Shown one piece after another: positions 30,600-44,149 of a stretch of DNA of 64,000 bases. The notes beneath the pieces were generated by a model. That model searched no databases. It had not been told where the DNA came from and saw only the letters and a program-made list of their open reading frames with translations. Source of the DNA: the human T2T-CHM13v2.0 reference genome, Homo sapiens. The stretch's first letter is position 1; each line of letters starts with the position of its first letter. The position numbers and the translations under genes are program-made. The stretch lies in assembly GCF_009914755.1 (NCBI RefSeq), contig NC_060926.1. One strand, written 5' to 3'.

Positions 30600-31800
30600 A
30601 GATATAATTATTATTCACAGACACATGGTTTTCAAGAATTGTGATAAAGCAAACAGAATAATTAATGCATCCCAAACATATCCATATTTCTTTCAAGATG
30701 TGTCACTTAAAAATTTGGCAGCATTTCAGGTTTTTATTAACAATAACTATTATCCTTCTATAGAAAAGAGTGACTATACTAGCTAACAGATTGAGTGGAT
30801 GGATAGAATGAGAGGTATTGCATAAGAAAATTGTAAGACTGGTTATTTTACTAAATTTTAGCGAAACATTTTCAACATCTGGTTTCAAAAACTAATAATT
30901 AACAGTCATTGTTTAAAACATTAACTCTTTTATAGCAATCTTATCATTTATTGCCAATTTTACAAAATGAGAAAATATCTCTAAGAAATATTTACAAAAC
31001 TAAATAAATGCAATCTTTGTAAAAGTATGAGCACAAATTCCACAATTCCATATTTTCAAAGGATTAACTAAATATTATCTTTTAACAAAAAACTGTATGT
31101 TGATTTTTTTATTTAACAAAAAAACTATTTTTTATTTTTCATGTTCTTGAAACTACTCATAAACATACTGACTTCAATAAGATAAATTTTTAAGAAATAT
31201 GTTTAAAAAAACATGGGAGAAAATCTTCTCTTCTATTTTCAAATGCACCACATCTAATTTTTAGGCATAAATACTTCCCAAAAGCCTTAATAGAAGGAGT
31301 TGTAAAAAATGTAGAAATGCCAGTTTAGAAATTTTCAATGCTAAATTGAATAAAAATTTCCATAATCCAACCTGCTCAGTAATCGATCTTCAGACAAGAA
31401 ATACAACAGCAGTTTTAATGTAGTTACTTCTTTAAAAGACTCATGGGGGAGGAAAAAAGCAGATAGTCTAGCTCTGTAGCAAAATATTTTTCTCTCAATT
31501 TAAATGTAAGCCCCATGATTTCTGTTTCTCTCTTAAAGACTTTAACAGTTGATTGAATTTCCAACGGAAGAACACTTTCAATGAAACTTGCAAAATAATA
31601 TTTTGAGATTTACAATTTGCATCATTTGGAGGATGGAGTAAAGATAATTCTAAATCATTTACTTTCAATATACAAATAATACTATGCTCTGTGTGTGTGT
31701 GTTTTTGTGTCAAAACAGGAGTAATATTTGGCCTCAGGATGGCTTTCAATCTACAGAAAACCATGACAAAAAAAATCATGTAGAGTTGTTGAAATCTCAC
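30600..31800 (-). mobile_element. Possible ancient hAT/Charlie transposase remnant
   Basis: Minus-strand peptide LSEDRLLSRLDYGNFYSI loosely resembles the Charlie/Buster W-L-x-x-L-A-Y-L-A-D-I-F motif; many stops; TIRs not found. Confidence 0.3.
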
Positions 31801-32079
31801 CTACTTGTAAGTGAAAGCTTTCTGTCTCTTAGTATACTATTTGCTACAGAAATATGATTCATATTATATATTTTAGGCATATATTTTTATGCTCTTGTTC
31901 CAAATATTTTCTCCAACTGAACAGCCTTCCTTCTAGTTGGCCACTGGCTCTTTGCTTGATTGACACATTCATTTTACAGCCAAAATTTTATGTCAATTAT
32001 GACAATTTAAAATGTTTACTTTTAATACTAATTTTTTCTTGCTTTGCTAGAAGCTGTAAACTGTCACTGATGCTGATGG

Positions 32080-32373
32080 TTTTTTTTTTTTTTTTTTGAG
32101 ACGGAGTTGCCCAGGCTGGAGTGCAGCGGCGCGATGCAATCTCGGCTCACTGCAAGCTCTGCCTCCCGGGTTCACACCATTCCCCTGCCTTAGCCTCCTG
32201 GGTAGCTGGGACTATAGGTGCCCGCCACCATGCCCGGCTAATTTTTTGTATTTTTTAGTAGACACGGGGTTTCACCGTGTTAGCCAGGATGGTCTCAATC
32301 TCCTGACCTTGTGATCCACCTGCCTCGGCCTCCCAAAGTACTGGGATTACAGGCATAGGCCACTGAGCCCGAC
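32080..32373 (-). mobile_element. AluY
   Basis: Diagnostic ctgcaagctct...ttcacaccattc; TSD tcactgatgct. Confidence 0.93.
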
Positions 32374-33298
32374 TCACTGATGCTTTTAAGTTTTCTCCCT
32401 ACTGTCTAGTGTTTTCAATGTACAAGAATAATTCTGATAGTTAACTGTCATACATAGGCTTTAAAATATTCTAATTTTTGTTTACTAACATACATAACAG
32501 GAATGGAACTAAAAACTGTAAAATATTTTGTATGATATTTCTGTACTTATATTGGAATTTGCTTTATCATGGTGATTACTTTTTCACTATAAGAAAAATA
32601 TTTTATTTTACTGCTAATAGATTTTTGAGAACATTGCTTATATATTCTATATTTTTTTTCTGTTGCTGTTCAATGAATACTGGTCAAATATAATGTTAAA
32701 CATGGTAGTAGACATTTAGCATTCACAAATAAATCAGATGTTTCCCCAACTCTTATGAAAAGGAAGAGTTTTCAGTTACATATTTTCTAAAATAATTGAT
32801 ATTATGCCAGGTTAAATGATTATTACCTCAGTATAGACATATTGTTATACCCGTAGGTTACAGATAGAGATTTAAATAACACATATTTCAATACAATTAA
32901 ATGAGTAATTTCATAATTGAAATCTGAATTTGAGCTCCTCACAACTTATGTCACTTTTTAACTACGAGCATGTTATAAGGTGATACTGTAATTTGATAAA
33001 ACAGACAGAAACAAACAAACAAGAACTATTCCTGTGAAAAATCTTTCTGCTCCTAATTATCATTTAATGACACTGGAAATAATTAATTCCAAACTACATA
33101 TAATACTCCCCGCTGGGTGGATAACCATTTGTATTATTTATTTACTCTAGTTAGGCAAGTCATTTTTGGAGTGGATGTTATTTTTTCCTTCTATATAAGA
33201 TTATCTGGTCTTTATAATACAGAATCTATAATTCTGTTTTTTCAATTTTTAATTGTTGTTTTAGCTTTTTTGTTGTTGTTCCTTTGTTTGTTTGTTTT

Positions 33299-33396
33299 GG
33301 CTAGTCAAATGAAGCAATGGGAGTGAAGAAGGAACAAATACATTTGTAACTGGTTGTGATCAATTAGCTGTAAGCACCACTACCCTCAGACCGGCC
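33299..33396 (-). pseudogene. RNY3P: hY3 RNA retropseudogene
   Basis: Minus strand ggccggtctgagggtagtggtgcttacagctaattgatcacaaccagttacaaatgtatttgttccttcttcactcccattgcttcatttgactagcc matches hY3; A-rich tail 33236-33298; TSD cagaatcta at 33220 and 33397. Confidence 0.92.
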
Positions 33397-34361
33397 CAGA
33401 ATCTACATTTTTTATTTCAACTTCCCAGAGAGGTCATTTTGAACTTGAGTGCTTGGTCAAGTTGCCCTGTACTAGAGGAAGATTTGTTTTCTCACAATAT
33501 ATGCCAGTTGATAATTGGCATAACATGGTACAGAGATGATGTAATAATGTCCATGGAAAAAAAAAGATGAAAAAATAATGGCTAGTCTTTTTGAAAGCAA
33601 ATGAAGCTTGTTGTTGTTGTTTGCCCCTCCCCCCATGGGAGAAATAATTAATACATATGATGCAAAGAAAGCTAAGCAGGGGATATTATAAACTGAGTAT
33701 TTCTTAGGAGGAAAAGCCTTGAGACTGTAAACAATATTGCTGAAGATCTAAATTTATATTGAAATCCCTTGGAAAGAACAAGGGGCTCCTGAACAAGGTG
33801 CTGTTACCAAAAAGGGCCCTTGAATATGGAGTGTGAATCAGTGAACATGCTACTTGAATGAAAAGAAAAGAAAAGAATACCAGTTTTTGGACCATTAGAT
33901 GGAGTATGGTAGATTTTGATCCAGCCACTTAAGAAAATGCTGAGTAAGACAATCTAATGGGGATGTAATGAGGTCTAAGAATGGGATTTCTTATACATTT
34001 TGATGCAGTGGTTAGTTTGTGCAGGATTATTTGGGTTAAATTTAAAAATCTGGGTGATCTTCAGAGGTATTTTTATTTAATATAAGCTTTCTTATAATAT
34101 GCTATTTATGTTACCATGTTACTTCCTTTCCAGCCCCTTGGATGAGTTATTATTCTGTTGGGTGGCAAGGAACAAACGTGCCTACATCTTTGTATATTAT
34201 TAAGGACATAAAGTGTTATTGAACATGTCCTTAGAGGCTAAAGTAACTCTAGGGGCATTGGACTTCCAGCAAATTAAGGAAGGTTGACACATACTGCATG
34301 TCGAGAAACTACAAGGTGATTCTGAGTCACATCTGACAGAACAAATAATGACAGCCCTCTT

Positions 34362-35505
34362 ACAGACCAATGGAACAAAACAGAAAGTCTAGAAATAAAG
34401 TCATGCATATGTGGTCAACTGATTACACATGTGAGGAAATATTTTTCAATATTTTATTTTTGACACAGTGAGGAAATATTTTTCAATAAATGGTGTTGGA
34501 AAAACTGTGTATCCACATGCAAAGAAATGAAATAAGACTCATCTCACACCATTTATAAAAGTCAACTCAAAATAAATTAAAGGCTTAAATGTAAGACCTG
34601 AAATCGTAAAGCTACTAGAAGAAATACAGAGAAAAAACTTCTTGATATTGATCTGGAAAATCGTTTTCTGGATATAACCCCAAAATCACAGGTAACAGAA
34701 GCAAAAATAGAAAACGTGATGATATTAAGCTAAAAATGGTTTTGCACAGCAAAGAAAACACTTGAAAGAGTGAAGAGACAACCTATAGAATATGTACCGT
34801 ATTACCATAGATACAGGGTGTGTAAAGCCTTTCTGCATAGAAATCAGCAAAGTTACAGGGCCACCAATTTTTGTGTGTGTCAATTTAAGGAGAAAAATAA
34901 AGTTTCAATAGATAACATGAGCATTTTTCATAGAATGGGAGAAACGAGAAACTATTTTCAACCCATACATCTGAGAAGGGGTTAATATCCAAAATATATA
35001 AATAACTCAAACAATTCAGTAGCAAGAAAACAGAGAATCAAATTAAAAATGGGCAAAGGACCTCAGTAGATATTGATCCAAAAAGATGTACAAATGTCCA
35101 AGAAGAACAGAAAAATAGGTTCAACATCACTGATCATCACGAAAATGCAAATACAAACCACAATGATGTATCACTTCACACCTGTTAGGATGGCTATCAT
35201 CAAGAAAACAAAAGGTAAGTGTTGGGAGAGGATATGGTGAAAAGGAACTCCTTGTTCACTATGGGAGGGAATGTAAATTGGTGCAGCCATTATGGAAAAG
35301 AATATGGAGGTTCCTTAAAAAATTAAAAAGTAGAACTCCCATATGATACAGCAATTTGACTAATGAGTATATATCAAAAGAAAATGAAATCAACTCCTCA
35401 GAGAGATATCTTCACTCACATGTTAATTCCAGCATTATTCACAAAAGCCAAGACACAGACTCAACCTGAGTATTCATTGATGGAAGCATGGATAAAGAAA
35501 ATGTA

Positions 35506-35536
<31 letters not shown>

Positions 35537-36045
35537 AATATTATTCACCCTGAAAAAAAATCCTGTCATTTTCAACAACATTGATAAGCCTGGAGGACAT
35601 TATGCTAAGTGAAATAAACTAGGCACAGGAAGACAAATAAGGTATGATCTCACTTATATCTTCAATCTGAAAGAATCAGACTTATAGAAGTAGAAAGTAG
35701 AATGGTGGTTGTCATGGGCCGAGGGGAGCAAGAAATGGGGAAATATTGCTCAGAGAATACAAGGTTTCCTTTATGCAGGATGAATATGTTCTAGATACCT
35801 AACGTACAGCCTGGTGACAATCATTAACAATACTGTATTTAACGCTTGAAATTTGCTAGGAGAGTAGGTTAAATGCTCTCCCCACCCACACCAACACACA
35901 AACACACACACAGTGGTAACTATGTGAGCTGATGGATATAGTAATTGGCTTGATTGTAAATATATATGTACATAAAATCATGTTTTATACCTTAAATATA
36001 TATTTTTATTTGTCAATTATACCTCAATAAAACTGGAGAAAATAA
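34362..36045 (+). mobile_element. L1MA/L1MB 3' portion carrying a templated insertion
   Basis: cagaccaatggaac...ORF2 C-terminus and 3'UTR ending tgtcaattatacctcaataaaactgg. Confidence 0.88.
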
Positions 36046-36685
36046 AGTGGAAAAAATGAACTGGATAGCTTGCATAGAATTTGAGAATTTGGATGATTTT
36101 TTTTACATATTCTTGACTTAATATAAGGTTTCTTATATTATGTACTATCTATTACATTATGCTATTTCCTTTCCAAATTCTTGGGCAGTCAACACCACTG
36201 TATTTTTACCATGTCACCTATCAGGGTCAATTCTCAGAAGATTTAATAGCTATTTTCTTCTTGGCAGAGTCAGATTTATGTTTCCTGATTAATTGTTTTA
36301 CTTTGAACTAAATCCAGGCTGAATTGAACTGAATTTCTCATTTTAAAAGAAAATAGGACATTAAGTGTATTTCTGTTCTATAAAAATATATTTTAGAAAA
36401 TATGTAGACATATACTTTTTAATGTATGTCATTCTTTATTCATTTTTGGTATCTATGTATTCTAGGCAATAACTCCTCATCCTTGAAAGGTTTATGGTTT
36501 ATGTGAAGAAGATAGATATGAGGCGATAAGATTTTACTGGTGCTACTAATTAATTCAACTAGTAGCTTTACTGTCTTAGTCATTGAGAAACTAAACTAGA
36601 AAAAAATGAAGGCTTTAATGACAAGGATTTATCAATTGATAGAATGATGGTAGTGTTTACTTTTAGAATGATTTCTGGTTCCTTA

Positions 36686-37003
<318 letters not shown>

Positions 37004-37147
37004 TCATTTTAGGCACCCACTTTCTTTGTGTTATATATATCCTATCTCTTTTCATATATTTTGCACATCAGAAAAAGGGTCTTAAAATGCTGTTATAAGC
37101 AACTGAACAATGCTCGTTATCTATTGAAACTTTATTTTTCTCCTTAA

Positions 37148-37541
<394 letters not shown>

Positions 37542-38894
37542 TATGGTATGTATTCTTGAAGGCCTGGTTTACCACCCAGTATAACAAACCATTCACAAAA
37601 TAAAAAGAAAGCAACTGTTTATATATTTGTATGCCCTTGATACTTTAAGGATAATTCTTGCATAAAAAATTCTAACATAAAATTAAAATTTGGTAACCAT
37701 ACATTTCAATTTACATTCTGATTTTTCATAGACCAATTCAGATCTACGCTTATTGTCTGCAGTAATTATCAGTAACACATTTCTCTAGAAAATTACATGA
37801 TCATCCTATTAAGTCGTGTGTTTCTATGAAAATTGAGTGTGTGAGCTACCTGTCTCTAAGATTTAACAATTGATTGTTGTTGCTAAATGAACTCAATAAA
37901 AAGTCTTTACAAAAGAATACACATTTCAATAATGGCAAAGTAGGCAGTTCAAATTAACTCTTCCACTGAGAACAAATAGAAAAAAAAAGCCTGAAAAAAT
38001 CTACTTAAAATTATTAGAAAACTATCAAGGCACTGGATAATTGCAGGGCCAAAAACTGCACGATTCTGGGATCTGATAGCTTTCTGCTCAGCAAGTGGTA
38101 CTACTTTTAGGTTAGAGTCCTCATTTGATCCTCCAAATAACAGAAGTTTATGGGTGGGCCTGAGAAGTTGAACATATACTCACAGGGCTGAAGGAACAAA
38201 TTTGAAGTTTCAGTTTTGCCACATTTCAGCTAACCTGATAAATAACCCTATACTTGGGGTTAGATTTACAAGGGTCACACCTCAGAAGTAAGGATAAGTT
38301 GAAAATAGATCAGGACTCACAGGGGTTAACATTGAACAGCACATTCACAGATGCTGAATCCCAACTTTACTTAATCCCTAACTGGGTTAGGTGAACTTGA
38401 GTTACTGGTGTAGTATAATTAGATGCCTGGCTGAAGAAAAAATACATCACACAGAGTTTCACATTATATATACAAACTTTTATATTCGTTATCTAATAAT
38501 GGACCAAAAATAACGAGGCATACGTGGAGAAAAAATTGTAAACAAAAGCAAGAATAAACAGAAAGCCAATAAAAACAGACCTATGGTGGATCCAGATAAA
38601 GGGGTTTTTGTATGAGAATTTTAAAATAATTTTAATTAACCTATTGAAGAAATTAGAATCCAAGCTTGGTAAATTTGCCTATGTGTTTGTGTAAAAAAAG
38701 TAATCTGGATGAAAGTTTCAATAAGAAGGAAAACAAAAAAAAAGTTAAATATAGGGCTTTACCTGAATGTATCTGTCTTAGAACAATGTTTTATTGAGAT
38801 TAAAATACATACAGAATTCATAAACATATCAAAACAATAAAATTTCTAATTTATATTTAAGAAACAGAAAGTGAAGTTATTGCTTTAAATAATC

Positions 38895-39070
38895 ACTTTG
38901 GGGATTCAGGGGGAAAGGATGGGAAGGGGGTGAGGTATAAAAGACTATAAATCGAGTTCAGTGTATACTGCTCAGGTGATGGGTGCACCAACATCTCACT
39001 AATCACCGCTAAAGAACTTATTCATGTTGCCAAACACCATGTGTTTGCCCAATACCTATGGAAAAAAAAA
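38895..39070 (+). mobile_element. L1PB 3' end fragment
   Basis: gtgtatactgctcaggtgatgggtgcaccaacatctcac...aatacctatggaaaaa. Confidence 0.8.
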
Positions 39071-39899
39071 TTTTTAAAGAACAATACAGAAAGGATTATA
39101 AAACGGGAAAAGTAAATGGAAACATAATAAATTGGTGAAAATAAATCAGTAATTAACTATCATTTCCATTTTATTCATTACTTGTTGATGATAGGAGGCT
39201 TTCTATTTTATATGATGACCTCTATAGGGGTGTACATTGTTTCCTTATGTTAAATTATAAGTGGGTTCTCTAACCTTTGTTTTCTTTAGACTGGACGTTA
39301 GTTCAAAAGCTTTGATTAAATGTATTTTTTTTATAAAATAACTACAAAATCATTCTAGATGCATTTTATTTCCTCATACTTGGAGCCACATAATATCTAT
39401 GACAGACTGTTTGTAATGCCAGATTTGATCATTGAATTGAGGTGGATACAGCCAGATTTCTTTTGAAGTTATTTTTTTCTGTGGTGATATTTTGGAACCC
39501 TGTGAATATACGGCCCCTATATATATATTTCACCATATGATTTTAGCAACCATTGGCTATCTTTGCCTGAATCAATTATTTCCTTACTTTTTGTAAATTT
39601 AGAACTTTCTAATTCTATACATAATTCTCACCATATTTATTAGCCAGTGTTTTCTAAAAGCAAACATGAAATTTTTGTTTATAACATGGACTGAAATATT
39701 ATTTCTCCTGTACAGACAAGACATATGGTAAATTATAGTTATTCAAGTACCAAATTTCAGAATAAGTAGCTTTCAGAAAATAAATTTCAGAAAAATAAAT
39801 TCCAGAATAAATAAATACCAATTTCAGAATAAATCATATCCTACAGTGGACATAAAATTTATTTTTATTTTTATATCTTTGTTTCCCTTCATCAATTTT

Positions 39900-40960
39900 A
39901 CACTTTTTATTGAGGTAGATAACACATGCAGTGAACTGTACATGAGTGTAAATTTCAAAAAATTTAACAAACTGAACACACAAGTTAATTATCAAAATAA
40001 AAAAAAGGAACTTAATAACATTACTCCCTCATCCCTTTAGAATATTGGCTTCTGTTCTCCAAACATAAGGAAACCCTCATTTCTCATACCACAGACTAGT
40101 TTTTGCCTAACAATTGGTGAGATTAAAACCATTTCTTTTTCTTATTGAATACCTCCTTTTGTGAAATGGCTGTTGAAGACTTTCACACTATTTTATAGTA
40201 CATCAACTTTTTCTCCCCATGAGTGAGTTATCTGTCTGGTATATACATCACAAATATCTTCTCTCACTATCATATGCCTGCATTTTCATATTTTGAAGGA
40301 TGTTTTCTTTTGATGAAGAGGGTGTGTTAATTGTAAAACAGCCCATTTTATCAACTTTTCTTCTATTGTTAATGCTCTTTGTCCAGTTTAAAAAAATTGC
40401 TTCCCTTAAGTTCATAAAGATAGTCTTCTACATTTTCTTTTACAGTTGCATTTTTTTAACTTTCATGCTTAAATCTAATTTTACATGAAATTGAATTTGT
40501 TTATTGAAAGAATTGGGAGTCAGGATTAATCTTTCATTTTCCATAATGTATATCCAATTGACCTAGGGTAATTTATTGAAAATGTCTTCCCTCACCACTT
40601 TGTAGTGTAAAATCTGTCACAAAGTAAGTCATAGTATGTATTGGTTTGTTTCTTTTCTATTTATTGTTTCATTGAGCTGTACTTGTGTAAATATGAAACA
40701 GCCTTATAAGTTTTATTTATTGCTCAATATTAGGCACAATCTTACATTTGTTATTTTTCTCCAAAGTCATCTTGACTATTTCTAGCCCTTTGCATATTCA
40801 AATAAATTTCAGAGTCATCTTGTCAATTTTTCCAAATTATACCTTCTGGGATTAAATTTCATTAAATACATAAATAAAATAGGATATAATTCACATTTTA
40901 AAAACTTATGCAATTAATGGATATATCAGCCAATTTATTAAAGCTTTCTTTAATTTTCTT
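39900..40960 (-). mobile_element. Old L1M (L1ME-like) fragments
   Basis: Decayed antisense ORF2/3'UTR motifs (tatccaattgacc...atttattgaaaa, ctttgcatattcaaataaatttcagagtcatcttgtcaa). Confidence 0.55.
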
Positions 40961-41569
40961 CAATGTACTTTTAAAACATTTTATTGTCCTATGACTGTTG
41001 AAAAATTATGTAAATTTACTTTTGCAGGTCTATGCATTTTTAAAATTCAACACAAAGATTTTACCAATGCCTGATGATTAGCTGGAAGAAAATCAGACTT
41101 CAGAATATACTTTGTAATGATGGTGAATTTGGGACTGTGAATATTTTTAGATAGATACATTTTTTTTCTCATTTCTCCCACTGAAAGTGGGGTCTTTGTC
41201 CCTCTGCTTCAATTCAGCCATTGTCTGTGTCCATTTGGACCAGTAAAATAAAATTCAAAGAACATTCTGCCACTTTCTAGTCCATGACCTTGTAACACTG
41301 GAGACATTCACTTTCTGTTTCTTGGAACCATTATCCTATGAGCCAAAAACACTGTATACAAATTCTAACTATTTTGCTAACATGGAGAGGAGCTGGAATT
41401 TCATATAGGATAAGAAAGCCCCATAGAACCCCACCTTCCTTTCCCTCAGCAAAGGCAAAAGGCATGTGAATAAAGTAATTTCTGATTTCTAAACTGATGT
41501 TCAGGCAGATTAAAGGCATCTTTATCATTGAAAATTCATGCCTTGTTATTTCCCTTTGCTACCAGGTGG

Positions 41570-41681
41570 ATTCCCTCTCCTTCTCCTTTCCCCTCTTCCC
41601 TCTCTCTCCCTTTTCCCCTCCCCCTCCCCCTCTTCCTTCTCCTCCCCCTCCTCCTCCTCCTCCTCCTCTTCTCCTTCTTCT
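41570..41681. repeat. Polypyrimidine (CT/CCT-rich) low-complexity tract
   Basis: ~110 nt of only C/T. Confidence 0.95.
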
Positions 41682-44149
41682 GCAGGGGAATTCGTCCTAT
41701 GAGTGAAGATGTACTCCAAACACCCCAGATTTGTGAGGCCTCACTTTCATCTGCTCACACTGACAGTGTCAAGGCCTTGCCCATTCTGTTAGCTGTGAGG
41801 CTGTTACATAGAAGCTTCTTTACTGAGTTTGAGTGGCAAGGATTTCAGCTTTACTTTTATACTTGTTTTTTTACCATTCTGTATTTGATATTTCTCCTTT
41901 ACAAAAATTCCCTTAATTTTTCTTGAACTCTAGTATTCGTTAGAATATATTTATTACAATATATTCTATATAGTTTGGTAATTTAGATTAGGGGGTTTCT
42001 TAGAATATCTTGTTTTCCCTATGCACTGAAAGAGATGTCCTAATCCTTTGATTTTTGAGTGCTCCATAATTTAGACAAAAAGGACTACCAAAAGGTTTCA
42101 TGCATTCTTACTATATATTCTACTTCTTGTTGTGACAAAGAATGAAGGCATATAGAAGAAACATCCAGGTGAATGGCTCTGATACAAAATGGGCATCTCT
42201 CTTCCTCCCACCCTAGCTCCTGTGAAAGTGTCCTTGAAGAATTATGTTCTAGACATTATCACACCTTTCTTGTGAACCACAAGGGAATGTATACACCATG
42301 CTGTTTCTCCTAGAACTCTGCTTTTCCCTTCAGATGTTGTTCAAGGAGATTCTTTCTAAATTTTGACAGAAGTACTATTATCACACATTGGGCATCGTCT
42401 TTGCCCCATCCCTCAAAAATCTAACTTTGCACTTATAAAAACAGCAATAAAACCAAACTTTAATTTAATGTACACAGCACCTATCCTCAGTTGATTCACG
42501 AGATGTCATGGAATAAATGAGTATTTTGTTAACTACATTTAACTAAATTTTAATATTAGGAGATATTAATACTATTCTTGGAAAAATATTGTTTTTCAAA
42601 TTTGTTTTAGTTATGCACTGAAATAAATAGAAGTCTGAAAAATGTATATTCACCAATTATATACTAATAGTACACAAATAAAACAGGATTGTGCTATTTA
42701 TCCTGTCTTCCCCTATACTTCTCAGGGAGTGAATGAATGTGCCCTTTCGTTCTTTTGTTTCGTTTTAAAATTCTGATTTAATTGTTACAGGAAAAACAAA
42801 TATATGGGCATTTTGTGTCATTTTGAATTATTAATATTTACTTCTTAATGTGAAATTTATAAAGAAATCCTAAATTTGTCATATGGATTTTGTGGATAAA
42901 ATACAAACCTGTGTAATATATTTTGAAAATATACAAATAAGTTAGCATTAGTAGAAACATAGTGGTAACACTACATAGTCTCAGGAAGATTATGTAATAC
43001 CCCCATCATGTGTGTAATGCCATATACAGAGTCTCCCTAGAGCTATGCCTCTTCTTATTTAAACCTCTGATTCCTGTTAAGAGACAACTACTCTTAAGAT
43101 AAATAAAAAATTTAGATATTCTGTCATTTATACTTTACAATAATGGAAAGCCATATATTTTCTTAGGAACGGATACTGTTAGATGACAGGCATTAGAACA
43201 GTATACACATGAGGAAGGGCAGACCATCATGCCACAGGATAATGAGTGAATATACGTACATGTACACAATCAGGAAGCAAGGAAATATTAGTGACTATCT
43301 CCTCAATGAGAGAATTGTCCAGAAATAGGGTTAGGTACAAAGTCACTATTTAAAAAAAGAAAATGAAAAACTGCCATATCAAAGCAGCTAAGTAAATTAT
43401 TTGCTTAGTAGCAGCTGCTGCCAAAAACTACAGTTGGAGTGTTTGTACGTTAAAGGGCTAGCAAATTCAGGAAGCATGCATAGCTCATCACACACACGAT
43501 TATGACACAATCCCACTGTCCCATTCCATCTCTTCTCAGAATGCTAATTGCTTATTGCTTCTGATTTTTGGACTCTGTTTTCCATCTTGCAGTTGGAATG
43601 CTCCTTCCGAGCCAAAGCTATAGGAAGGAGAAGGAGATGCTGACTGACAAACAAGGAAACATAAGGATGATGGAAACTTCATGGCTCAAAACCAGATGGT
43701 TTGTCTCTTGAATAAACCTTATCTTCCCTATGTAATAAATAAAATCATTTTCAGGTCTCCTCTCCCTCAGTGATTTTAGGCATCATTTTTTAAACTTGAT
43801 AATTTCTATTTATTTTAAAAGAATGGAAAATGGTTCTTGCATCTTCTAAGAGGTAGTAAACTGATTTATAGGCTGAAAAACACAAATATGAGCAGGGAGA
43901 TTATTTTCCTGCCTTTCTCAATTTCACTAGCCATTTGCTACTGATACTGAAAGCGGAGAATTTACTTCTCCTAGAATAAGAGCCTAATGTTGCTGTGAAA
44001 CACAGGATATTGGAAACAGCATTCTCAACACCAAACTGAACCATATTTGTTGTGGTAATATAAGGACTGGGGTAAAAATTTCACTTCCTTGTGCTTAGAG
44101 AGATATAGCATTCCCCTAAAGTCTATGAGCACAGTTTTATCTATTGAAA

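Noticed and set aside
41497-41926. Proline- or leucine-rich ORFs
   Set aside because: Translations of the polypyrimidine tract.
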